Assembly (NCBI GenBank): GCA_000934665.2
Contig: KZ537956.1
Location: 62,001 to 126,000, forward strand
Direction of reading: 5' to 3'
Source: Catajapyx aquilonaris
Taxonomy: Eukaryota
DNA length: 64,000 nucleotides
Position 1 is the first letter of the stretch. Every line of letters begins with the position of its first letter. Positions 12,398-24,109 of the stretch are shown here, one piece after another. A model generated the notes under the pieces. It had not been told where the DNA came from, did not search any database, and was given only the letters and a program-made list of their open reading frames with translations. The translations under genes and the position numbers were made by a program.

Positions 12398-15195
12398 CTG
12401 GAAAGACCAAGATCAACTTAGTGTGTTACAGGTCTCTAAAAATAACAATAGGGGAGAGGATTTTTAGGGAAGCTAGCAAAGCAGCCGGAAAAACTCCTTG
12501 TTTTTGTGCGTCTGTTGCTGCTAAATCGACTTTCTCCTAGGGGGATTTCACGTCACGGTCGTGCGTGTCATTCTAGGATCTATACCCTGTGTGTACGTAC
12601 TAGACAAAGGAGGCCAAAAAGTGCAGGGGGTAGTAAAAAATTAAAAAGTACGCCCCAGCACTTTTTAAACTTTATGCACGATGAGCACAAAGTCGAGCTA
12701 CCTGGGACCTGATGGTCGTAAAAAAAGGGGTTGGGTGGAGCCAGCAAGAGGCCTATTCCATCTGCTTACGCCATCTGCGCCCTTGGGGCAAGAGCTGCCA
12801 TTTTGTCAGCCTGGAGGTCACGAACCCGCAAGGCCAAGTTGCGCGTCTGGAGAGACCACTGTCACCAAAGACACAGCTCTTGACGCACTAAATGGCACGC
12901 ACTTTTCAAAAAAAGTGGCTACTGTTATGCACAAGCAATACTCCATGTTTTTGTGTTTATTTACCTAAAAGAATCGCTGCTATTGATAATTAAAAATAGC
13001 GGTTATTAGAACAGGCGATCAGCTGTTCCTTTGCGAGTGGTCCAATCTTTGGAAGAAAATATCGCCGCAACATGATTCCTATTTCATTGCAATTTTGGCT
13101 CACCAAATGCAAGGCGGTGCATTATTACACCTGTGCCTGCAGGAGCTCCCCGGAAGCGGCGAGGCAAACGTGATTGAAATGCAATATCGTCGATCAGTAG
13201 TTGCTGACAAGCGAATTCTAGTGGGAAGGACTTTTTTTGGCTCTTTCTTCTTCCGTGGAACCAGACAAAATAACGAGATTTAAAACGGAACGAGGTATGA
13301 ATCATCCCTCGCCCTTTATCGAATTTCTGCACGAACATACGGGCTTAGCTAATTTGACGTCGTGCGCTTTTCCACTGAAGTTTTTATTGAAGACGAGGGA
13401 AGCTCTGGAGATGAATATTATTCTCCGGGAAAAGGAGGGGAATCTCCTCCGGCCCGGCACTAAAAATGATTATGTCTCCGAATTCGCAACGATTTCCTTC
13501 TTGTTTTGCTGTTAAGTGCGCCATAACGCCGGCGAGCTTCGGCTCTGGAACTTCTCATTACGATCCCAAAGACTCCGGAGACAAGTATCTGGCGACATCC
13601 GGATGGATCACGCAGTCTGAAATTTCTTTTATCTGATATCTATATGTGGGTTAATTTTTGTTTTATTTTTTATACTCAAAAAATGAGTTTGTCCTGGACA
13701 TTTTCCTCGACATTTTGGGGGTTCCCCGCAAGGCACTTTCACTTGCCGCAAACCGGCCTCCAAGGCACTCGAATGCGAACCCTCCCCCAGGGCCATGTAG
13801 GTATATCGTCAGGGACTGGATGGGTTTCAATTTTGGCCGCGAGTTTTCCGCTCCGTCTGCTGCCGCTGTGGTCATCCTGATGGAACATTTTCTTCTTCTC
13901 CCCACAACCCCTACCCTCAACTTGTTTCAATGGGTGCGGTCTCCCCTCTTCCACCAAGGAAACCCAACACTTTCATCCGGGGTCTAGTTTTACGACTGGC
14001 TTAGCTCTTCCGTTGACAGGATTGAGTGTGTATGTGTTGGTTTGAGATTTCCAACGCTGATGACAACTCGACCATTGGCCATGTGCTGAATACTTTTTTT
14101 GGCGACAGGCACGGCTGCAGTACTTAGTCATGCACCCATATTTCTCAGTAGTTTCCCCCAAGAGACACATTCTTCGCTCGAGAGTGGTCGTTACGTTATG
14201 GACTATCTTATACCATTTTCCCCCTTCCCCTTGCACAGCCTTTCTTTATCTGCCTCTCGTTCGCATCGTCATCTGTACAAATTCCTCCTTTGTCGAGAGA
14301 AACAGCCCTCCCTAGACTCTGCTGCTGGCGGATGTTCCCAGATGCACTGGCCCGGGATAAGAACTGACATTTTCCTCCAGTTTCAGGAGAAGAAAAAAAA
14401 TGGAAGCAAACTACACAAAAGGAACCCGGAAAATGGCTCATCAGCGAGGATACAGCAGCAAAAGGCATCAAACGCAAGGCGCATTATTTTTAAAACGCGC
14501 CTTCCTTTCCCGACTAATTATGTCAAATGTTTCTTCCGTAAGGCTGAACACGTGAAACAGCGCGATAACAGTCGTTCCGAATTATGCCGGGATAACAAAG
14601 TAAAAATGGGATTCCAGTTTTTGTACATTTTTAATGTGGTCCTTGCGTGCAGAAACCCTGTGTTTGGGCGCCCCGGAATTGCGCTTCTTATGAGAGGCCT
14701 AGCCCCGGCCCTGATTCTTTTTTATACGTTTTAATATGTAAAAAAAGTTAGGATTTTCACAGGTGCGTTTTGAACAATAGTTGGAGCCAAGTTCATTGAC
14801 GGCCAACAACATGAGCATGAGAAGAAAAGTGAATTGCGCTTATTAATTATACTCGTCACTTTTGATACATTTCCACTGGTAAACAATCAGCTGCTAAGTC
14901 ATTACTCCTTACAAATCTTACACCGACTAATTTTTCCGCACAGGATGAAATGGGACGGGGCCAAACAGGTTTGATAAGTGCATCGCCATGAAATTAGCAT
15001 TTGGAATGAGGATCATACTTGTCACGTCGTAAACTACAGGAACAAAAGAAAGTGATATCTGTTTCTTCTCCTCGAAACTCTTTCCACATAAAAATGATCC
15101 TGGTAACCGTAACACTCCCCTCTCGGCCACAGCATCATCAGACAAGGTAAACAAGCAGACTTTCTTCCGGATATTTTTTTTTCTTCCAGTTTTTT

Positions 15196-15234
15196 TCCTC
15201 CTCCTCCTCCTCCTCCTCCTCCTCCTCCTCCTCC
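15196..15234. repeat. (TCC)n microsatellite, ~13 units
   Basis: Read directly from the sequence. Confidence 0.95.
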
Positions 15235-15847
15235 ACAGAAAACGTCCGGTTTGAAACTCGAGCGTGACCTGCCGGTTGGGTCCCACTTACCAAACGTCGT
15301 CGTAATGTATAGTGTTATCTATCTTTTCAAGGCTGATACAAAAGGGCCAGGATCACTTTCACCCGCAGGTGAATGCCGCTTTATAAGCCCGCCAAGGCGT
15401 TTCACACTCCAAAAACTTTGCAGCCAGTACACATTGCAATTGGCTAGGTCCATATTTGCCCAGGTCGCAATGTCAAAGGGTGTGATTTATGAACAGGCCT
15501 TACTCAATATTTATCAGCAAGCAGCAACTCCTAGAATTTAAAAATTAATTGGGGTCGAATAATTGGTCGGATCAGAAACGAAATCATTTCAATGTCCCCT
15601 GGTGTGTCCCACCTTTTTTTAAAAACTAGTACATCCGGTTGCCTCGTATATTTTAGACCCCCACTTCAATAACAAGTAACCCGAGGCACCGTTTTCGTAC
15701 GGCCAACGAGGGAGGCTTTGAATAATGACACCCGTTTTTCAAATCTAATTACACCTTGGGAAGAGATCCGTAATTCGCCCTTCAGACGGGTTCGATCGTT
15801 ATTTCGTCCTTATCGAAAAGTGATCGTCGCACCGATAAGCAAATAAT

Positions 15848-15868
15848 CCCCCCCCCCCCCCCNCCCCC
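15848..15868. repeat. Poly-C run containing an ambiguous base (N at 15863)
   Basis: Read directly; homopolymer length is uncertain in this assembly. Confidence 0.9.
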
Positions 15869-16002
15869 ATATGCTGCAGCAGCCTGTAAGATGGAATCCT
15901 TGTAAGGTCGTGAGCTGCTGAGACAAACCCTTCCTATCTTCTTTTTTCTTAAGATCTTTTCTCTCTCCAACCCTGCCATGCCTGCTTTCTTCTTCCGAGG
16001 TG

Positions 16003-16038
16003 GGTTGGTAGGTAGGTTGGTAGGTAGGTAGGTAGGTA
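16003..16038. repeat. (GGTA/GGTT)n tetranucleotide repeat, 9 units
   Basis: Read directly from the sequence. Confidence 0.9.
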
Positions 16039-17029
16039 TCCAGTCAATGAACCCCCATGGCTCCATGCTTCACTGACGCCAAGCTTTTTGTGCAGCCTGG
16101 AAGGTGGCTAAGCTGGATCGAGAAGTTTGTGAACATCCCCAAGATGGATTCGTGAGGATCTCTGTCCAGCATTAGTCAGCAAGCTACTAATGGCCGCTCA
16201 AGAAGAATATTAACAGGCGCCCATTTTGAAGGGGACGTTACTGAATAAAACGGATTAGGGTTTGAGGTAAGCTTCCATTTCGAGGGAGGGAGGGGAATAA
16301 GAAAAAGGAGGCTGAGTCACAGTCCACTTTTCATGCCAGTTTGTAGAGAGATTGAAGCGAGCCATTTCCACCCCGTCATGAAATTTAATTACACTAAGCT
16401 GTGGAATAGTTTGCAGAGAAACGCGTGCAATCTTTCCGAGGCTCTAATCCATCCGACAGCTGTTGAGCATCAAAGTCATAAAGCATTTCCCCTCTCAACT
16501 CAGAGCCTCGCAATTTCTTCCAATTTAATATATAGGCCACTTCCACCCATCCATCCTTGTGTGAAGACCAGCATACCGTATCTTTTCCATCGAAGGAGCT
16601 TCCGCCGACCATACCGGTAAGGTTAGCAGTGGACACCCACCAAAAACAAGAAGGTAACGGCAAGTGTGGACGCAGCTAAATATTTCCCAGAGGAATTGCC
16701 TGCAACTTCATTTCTGTCAGGAATGAGAGAGGTAAGAAAAACAGGGGCCTGCTGCACTTATCTGGTCATTCGCTTCGGTTCTTGTGAAGCTATTTCCGAC
16801 TTGGTTGATTGGTTCTTTTTTTTCTATACACCCCTATCCTCTCTTTTTTTCAAACTACAGATAACATGTCATGGTGGTGAATACCTTCGTGAGCGGCAAC
16901 AGTTACTGCTACAGGCCAAAGACAAAAGAAAGCGAAATGAATACCTTGGAGAATTGCCTGCAGGTAATACTTGAACTGGACAGTCATCCCATTTTTTCAC
17001 TTACAAAATATATTTAAAAGGCCTGTATA

Positions 17030-17241
17030 CAGGGTGTTTCAACTTTTTGTCCGAACAGTTATCGGAAATATTACACTAGAAGCTACTTTGTAAGCAGTGA
17101 CTTGCAGCCGGTTTGTCGGAGGATGGGGGAATATTCCCTGCGAATCTTAGGTTGAAGTGGCATAGATTACACTGCTTACAAAGTAGCAGCTCAGTGCAAT
17201 ATTTCCGATAACTGTTCGGACAAAAAAGTTGAAACACCCTG
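17030..17241. mobile_element. MITE of the Tc1/mariner superfamily (212 bp)
   Basis: Near-perfect terminal inverted repeats of about 70 bp (CAGGGTGTTTCAACTTTTT(T)GTCCGAACAGTTATCGGAAATATT...GTAAGCAGTG), TA on both flanks, no coding capacity. Confidence 0.9.
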
Positions 17242-18559
17242 TATAGCATGTAGAATGGGTTTCATTTGCTTGTAGGACCGCCATGATTGCCATTCGGGTC
17301 GTGTACGATTCGTTTCTCAATCGTAAAAGTCCATTGTAGAGTTTTAACTGCGCAGTTATTCCTATTCATGCGGAAATTAGAATGGCATTTGCATTTTTTA
17401 TTGCGGATATTGACTACTGGATGTTATTGTGGGATGAGGCAGATGGATGGTTAAGCACCCCTCTTTAAAACACCAGCAATTTCTTAATGCAACCGACACG
17501 ATTTTGAAATGAATAAATCCGAAGTGATGTTTGACTATGCCAAACCAATGAAACCCCCATAAAAGTCCTATTACAGCTCAACCCTCACTAAACGACAAGT
17601 GAATCAAAAGGGAGTGGGTGAAAGTGCAAAATGGTGTGCAAAATGAGCAAGAATCTATATAGATCCCGCTTCTATTGCTGGGAGGCCCTTTTTTCCAATG
17701 TGGATGGAAGAAGAGAAAAAATAAGGGAGTAGAAACAGATCCGGCTGGTTCTAATTTGACGGAGCCTAGGAGTGAGGAAAAGTGCAGTGAACCTCCCAGA
17801 GCAGTAAAAACAAACAAAAAGGTTCTTTTCCGGCGAGTCTTTGTGTGGTATTTCTACTCCTCTCCATCGGTCTTCCGCTTCGGAGATGATCCTAGAGCCA
17901 GGGCCCTCGTGCAAATATACAGAACGGGAGGGATAGGAGATCCGGATAACCCCTGCACCACAGGGAAATTGGATACGGATCGCGACAGGCTCCCAGCCTC
18001 GAGAGTCACTTCTCCCTTGCTGCACTCTGCACAATGCCAGGGCGGCCTACAGTGTGCCACACGGTGCTAAAAAGCTAAGGGCGGGGGATTTTGGACATAC
18101 ACTATTTTGAAATTGAAAACCTGGCAGGGCCAGCTGCTACACGACGCTATCTTTCAGGGAATGGATGTCTATGGGGAATATTTTTCAGCCAGGAAACTGA
18201 ACCCCGTATTGCCAACCCAGAGTGCATGTCAACATGGAGGAATTTTGTTGTCAACAAAAATTAAGCTGTGATAACATGTAGTCAGACAGTGGTGTGAATA
18301 TAAACAAAGCACCTAGGCAAATGGACACAAAAGCAAAAATTATACGTGTCCAGTTATGCTGCATGTATAGGCTAGTAATTCACCTTAGGGCAAAGATATG
18401 CAAACGACAGCATATAATACTGTATGGGCAAAAATAACCCACACGTGAAACGACAGTACTGAACATGTTTAATACGAGGGTAATAACAATAAATTGTCAG
18501 GATCAGTTTCCTTGTGTAAAAATGACCATGATGGAATTTGCAGAAAATGATGTACTCAC

Positions 18560-19927
18560 CCCAGCTTTGGGACACTTTCCATCCAGGATGGGTCCAGAAA
18601 TGTATCCCATGTTCCTGTCTTTCATGCTCCCATTGAAGCACATGTGGATGTTCTCGTTGAACTTGATCTCAATGTCTTGCACACTGTACACACACAAGGC
18701 CGCCTGTTGCAAGGGCTCGTTGGTGATGCCCTTGCTGCGTGCAAACACCCCGACAAACACTAACTCCCCGGGTTCGACTCCGAGGCTGTGGGCCAGGTCG
18801 GCCCCTGCCTGTATGATCTTGGCGTCCTGAAGGAGGTTGTAGTTGGTCCCGTCCCTGCCCGTGCACTGCAGCGTCACCTCCGTGTAGCTGTCGTAGTTGG
18901 CGTCACTGATGCAGGTCCGGGCCAGCCTCGACTCGTACCCGGACTCCTCGAATCCGGGCAGGTAGGCCTGCTTCTGCACGATCACAAAGTACGCGAAGTC
19001 CGAGGCATTGAACCCGTAGATGTACTTGACCAGAAAGTGGTCGCGGTACTTGACGTCGATCCTAAGCAGCGACTGCTTGCTGAACGAGTACTCGGCAAAG
19101 TCCAGGTCGTACAGGTTGCGGCTGGAGATGGCAGGGACGTCGTGCCGGTACTCCCCGTTGTTGGTGAAGGTCGTCCCCACGTACAGGACGTCAGACCTGC
19201 CCCAGGGATTGTAGTGCTCCGGACCGATGAAGGCATAGGTGGAAGAGGCCTCGTCGTTGGCAGCGATGCTCCTCGGGATGAACTCGACCGAACCGCTGAT
19301 GTTGCTCAGCTTGTACTTGCTGCAGGCTCCCTGGAAGAGCGACCCGCAGGCCACCAGGGACCGCGACTGGGAGTCGATGACCAGCACTTTGTTGTGGTTG
19401 TCCGCCATGGAGGTCTGCACGTCACCGGACTCGCACCCGCTGGCATGGCAGTTGGGGCTGTCCAGCTTGGGCCCAGTGGCCACCTCCTGCTCCAGCTTCA
19501 GCTCGTAGTTCAGCTGGTACAGCCTGTTCACCCCGCTGGCGTACAACATCCCGCTCGACCTGTCCACGGCCATGTGCTGGAGGACCGTGCTCTCGTTGCT
19601 CGTCTGGAAGTAGGCGTACACGTGCTTCGGAGGAGGTACGGCTGAGGAGCTGCTCGGAGGCAGGGTGGTGGTGGTGGTCCCTGAGGCTGCTGCTGCGGCT
19701 GCTGAAGACGAAGAAGAAGAAGAGGAGGCGGCGGCTGGTGGAACCGCGGGTGCCGGTGGCGGAGGACTGGGGTTGGCACTGGCCACTGGCATTCCGGAGA
19801 CGGACGCCACCGTCAACACTTTGAGGAGCAATGTCATCAGAAGCGCCGACTTTCTCCTGCCCAGTCTGCTGTGGTGCCAGACTTGTCCGGCTGGGCAGCG
19901 CCGGCGGTAGCTCTTTGGCACTTCCAT
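18560..19927 (-). CDS. PlexB: Plexin-B, first coding exon (456 codons: signal-peptide-like segment, P/S/A/T linker, most of the Sema domain)
   Basis: Long GC3-rich ORF starting in GCCATGG context. Sema-domain motifs typical of arthropod Plexin-B: GPKLDSPNCHASGC, DNHNKVLVID, LVACGSLFQGAC, EYRHDVPAISSR, KYRDHFLVKYIYGFN, RLARTCISDANYDSYTEVTLQC, FNENIHMCFNG. Ends at a canonical donor GGG|GTGAGT (intron starts 18559, phase 0). Acceptor TTTCCTTCTCCGGCAG|G puts the exon start at 20027. Confidence 0.95.
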
Positions 19928-20027
19928 GGCTCTTGTTGCCTCCCTGAGGGTGCTGCGTCGTCTCAGCCTTGACTTGAGAGACGCCTCTGATGACCAGACT
20001 TTCTGGCCGCCTTCACCATCGCTGGAC
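19928..20027 (-). other. PlexB: Leader portion of the first coding exon (5' UTR or optional N-terminal extension)
   Basis: Polypyrimidine tract plus CAG acceptor (AG at 20029-20028) 100 nt upstream of the ATG, implying at least one further upstream exon. Confidence 0.75.
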
Positions 20028-21251
20028 CTGCCGGAGAAGGAAACTCGACATTACCACACTGCCACAAATTCGCAATTGCGCAATTGAAATTCTCTCCCAA
20101 CCCACGCCCACACCCGGGACCCAAAAGCCTTCAGGGAGTCCCTCCAAGGGACAAATTAAATAAGGAACTGGTGATCGTGGCCAGCATTGCCGAGCCAAAA
20201 TGGAGATCGGATATCGACTTTGGGAGAGGTAAGGGGCGCATGGCACGTACAAATGCACCTTCCGCACTTGAAAAGTATATGAATTATAGCGGCTTAAATT
20301 CTGGTCAGGCAAATACAAACCGGGGAGGGGGCCTGCCCTACCATAACTCGGTTCCATTTTGTATGGAAATTCCTGAGCCCAGATGCGCCAACACCTGATG
20401 GAGGAAACGGCCACTTTAAGATTTCATGCCGACCCGGAAATTCCGCTTCGATTCTCGCTCACGACCGAGGCAATCGACCTATCAGTTTCAGCCCTTCCCC
20501 CAGACTAAAACCATCAAAAGGTCACCCTACAGGCGACGCCATTTTTAAGTCCGATTCCATCACGGTGCTCGGTGTGGACACGAGACTAATACCTGGGAAC
20601 ACCTGACGACCAGCATGGGGCTTTCACTCTCTGGCGAGCCCAATTTATGATCGGAGGGGGTATACCCAAGCACATGCACACACACATGATGATGTATGCT
20701 TCGTGATTGGGCCTGAGACTGACTCGAGCACTTTGGGGGTAATAGCTCAGGCCTGGCAGGCATCTTCGGCACTGAAACTAGTCCCCTGACACCCTCGCAG
20801 TTTGAAAGAGGCCTGGGACCACCCACGTCACGGTTATTATACAAAAGCCCACAGCCCAAAAACGGTTAGCATACCATTTGCTACTTTTTCCACGGAAAAT
20901 TACAGCCCCAGGATTTTACTGCTGCTAACTGTTCACGTTCTGGGGGGGAAAAGGGAAAAAAGGCTGCTGCACATGTCATCCTGGCTGGATATCCTGTCAA
21001 ATGTTGTATGGTCTTGAATATTATGCGAGGCAAAATATGACCACCCGACCACTTTACGGCCATTGTTTCTTACCTGCAAACAGGTTTAAAGCCCGGTTTA
21101 AATTTTAACTTTCCTAACTTTGCGAGTTCCAGTTTTTTTTAAGGCTATGCAAGCCACTGATTGCATAAATTATTTTTTGGAACTATTTTCCCTCCGGCAC
21201 CGAATAAACACGCAATACCTTATTTAACATGCAATTTTGAGCAAAGTATTA

Positions 21252-21570
21252 CAATCGGCCCCCTGGTTATCCGCGGATATGTAGAAACTCGCGGATAAAC
21301 CGAGCCCTATATAATACAGTTTATTAGGCCCATGCATTTTAAACATGAATGAGCACCAATGTTAAGTTTAATTTAAAAGTATGGGTCTGTACACAGTATA
21401 AAACATCAACAAAACAACTGACAATAAAATAGAAGCTTAATATGAATAGAAGGTTAATCTCAACTTAATGTTTTGTTTCGCAATCAAAAGTGTTCACGAT
21501 AAAGCCCCATAAGCTCATGCTATATGCCCAGATACTTTCTCTAGACATAAACATTTCCCATAACGCACAT
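21252..21570 (-). mobile_element. pogo/Tigger DNA transposon 3' remnant
   Basis: TA followed by TIR-like CAATCGGCCCCCTGGTTATCCGCGGA and a subterminal inverted CGCGGATAA, then an AT-rich tail. The minus strand reads, with frameshifts and a stop, KVSGHI/HELMGLYREHF*/KQNIKLRLTFY, resembling a pogo/Tigger transposase C-terminus. The far boundary is uncertain. Confidence 0.45.
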
Positions 21571-24008
21571 TGCAGGGGGCTGTATTTTCGTCGTTAAAAG
21601 CAATCTGGCGGCCTATGCAGAAGTGGATAACTACGCGTAAATAATTTCCCGTAGAATCAAGTTAAGTACTGGATTGAATGCCTCCCTAGTGATTAGAGGA
21701 AGCTGCTTCGTTTGGGTTTACTTCCAAATAATGATCCTACGAGCTCATTTACGTCACCAGCAAAACACTTACACACTCGTATATTGTTCTTGAAGCCTCG
21801 TTTTAAATACGGTATGCTTTTCACGCTGATTAACACACAGTGACAGCGCAAAATTGGAAAACTCCATTTCACTGTGACAACTGACTGTCGTACTTTTCGA
21901 ACAGACTGCACTGTGCAAAAAGTACATGTATTGTACAGAGTGGTGCATTACCAAATCTCCCGTTCAAGATTTATATATACCGGAACTGACAATACAAAAT
22001 TAATGAAGTGCAGTAACTCATACATCGACATTGCTCGTTCGGATAATAAGTCTTCGTGTAATGTGCTGAATAACTTTTCAAATTTGGGTCCAAAATTAGG
22101 GGCCGGAAGCAGATCATAACTTTGGCAGCAATTAAAAGCGCCCATATGTTTTGTCATGGGTTAATGAAAAATGCACTTTGATAGAGTCGATTTATGATTA
22201 GTTAATTCACTAACTACTGTGTTAGGAAATGCGGAGGAAGGGGAGGAAAAACAATTTTGTTCCAATATTTACATCCACCGGCTGGCAGGTGCGCTTCATT
22301 GGTTATCATTACCCTACTGCTGGCTATGCACATTGCAAATCACCACGAATCGGCTTTTTAAAAATACCTATTCCGCATACACTAAGTACAGTTTGATTTC
22401 ATGCAAGCACCTCCAAATTTCACAGCTGAAAAATGATTGTAAATCAGCGATTCCTCCGGATAGAATATTCTAAATGCGGAATTCAAGCCGTGTTTCCATT
22501 GCTACGTCCTTCGCAGTCACTCATCAGGTGAAGCCCCCTTGAAAGTTCGAGACAGCAACTCGATGCAAACCACCTGCCTATTGCAAACACCGGTTGTTGC
22601 CATCACTAAATCATGCAGCAACGAAAAGGTATAAGTGTTTTTATCGACGTTTCTATCCGCCAAACCCCCCTAGCTGCATGAGTACGCCTTTATTCAGTGC
22701 TCACATCCTCCACAACCTTTTATAGGTCATGCTATAACCCATGTGGCGCAATAATTTTTTTTACCCCTCGTTGCAAAATTACGCGAAAATCTATCGATTT
22801 TGGCCCCAGAAATATGCTTCCGTCTTCATCGCAAACCCAAACTTGTCTGAAGCGGAACCATATACGTCGTACACAAATTGCATTAACGCGAGCCCCCGAT
22901 CTAAGTTGCTTGTCATATTGCACCGTGGATTATTGAATTAAACTTCACACCGGCCGTGTTTAATCTGGCAAGAAAGTTGGCACGATAAGAAGGCTCGGCT
23001 TCGATCGGCCCAATGGATCCCCGAGTAAACTGCATTAGGCCTCCTGGATGCCACCACACCAAATGTTTCACGCCCTCTGGTTCCCCCCGGAAGTGCCGAT
23101 GGTGCCCTCTCTCCCAGAAACCATGAACCAATTCTGTCAGCCCTCGCACAGTAAAATTTTTAAACATAGTAAAATAATAAAAAGAAGCTCAAAAGCTGGC
23201 AAATACAGCCACGACATGACAGAAGTTGGGATTTAATCGCTAGATGGCGTACGCTGCTCCTTCCCTAATTTTATGGCACGACATTGCTGTAGGGTTAGCT
23301 TTCTCCGCCGGATATGCCAGCTGAACTGGACAATGTCTGATGTATGTGGCGGTGTTTCTGACCACACCCAAGGTGGACACCGGCTTCATAAATTCCCCCG
23401 CACTTGCTCGGGCTTCATTGATAATCCTGCAGCGCATTTACCCCCCTTTTAACACCGGTAGACCATTCCATTCTAGTAAAAGGCATAAAATTAGCGGTAA
23501 TTCCCCTTTAATCCGGCCCACCCGTTTTGTTAACGTTTCCAAGCGAAATCATTCGCTGTGAAATCTTGAAGTAATTTACGATGAAGCATAATCCGACACA
23601 AAAGCCTAGCACGTGCCACCCCCCTGGAAAAAGCAGCCTCCCCCACACAAAAGCGGAGTAAGCACCAAAATGCTTTTCCCCACACGCTAATTAAGTCGGC
23701 CCCAAATCGCTGACGCAGGTTAATAATTAACGGCTGTTAAAAAGACCAGAAGAGAGACGAGACTCCAGTCTCCCAAAGCAGCAGTAGGGCCTTCCGCATG
23801 GAACACTCATTGCCTTCGTTAATTACACCCCCACAGTGCATACCCGCTGTTTTCACTCGCACAGAAAAACATATTTATGCCACTGTCTTTTTCGCATACC
23901 GTACTACAAAAAAATTATTCGTCCAACATATAGGCAGAAAATACTATTCCAGCAAAATTTGTCACAACATGGTGTCCAAAAATTCTATTACGTTTGTAGT
24001 TGAGGTCG

Positions 24009-24109
24009 GGTTGCGTGATCGAGGGTAAATCCAGAACAAAACCATATTAATCCTATGTGAATAACATGGATCAACCACGTGCTCTGGATTTACCAGGGAT
24101 CACGCAACC
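24009..24109. mobile_element. Short foldback/MITE-like element
   Basis: 27-bp arms GGTTGCGTGATCGAGGGTAAATCCAGA and TCTGGATTTACCAGGGATCACGCAACC (24/27 complementary) around a 47-nt spacer. The right flank continues GGGGCCC. Confidence 0.6.

Larger units (their letters stand above)
12398..18559 (-). other. Plexin-B intron, 6162 nt, GT-AG, phase 0
   Basis: Defined by the flanking exon splice sites. Confidence 0.88.

Noticed and set aside
12958..12985. Third AG|GT site (TTCTTTTAG|GTAAAT)
   Set aside because: Short pyrimidine tract, other AGs just upstream, and only ~570 nt from the real acceptor; compatible with chance.
14927..15286. Poly-Arg ORF
   Set aside because: Translation of the (TCC)n microsatellite.
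18503..18559. ORF read-through tail VSTSFSANSIMVIFTQGN* as a secreted Sema-only isoform
   Set aside because: It lies past a consensus GTGAGT donor, the Sema domain would be incomplete, and no nearby poly(A) signal was seen.
18788..19645. 285-aa plus-strand ORF
   Set aside because: Antisense shadow of the GC3-rich plexin exon; no recognisable domain.
20582..20830. 5S-rRNA-like fragment (GAGAC...CCTGGGAACACC) suggesting a 5S-derived SINE
   Set aside because: The match is only about 15 nt and no box A or full 5S body is visible; it needs a database search.
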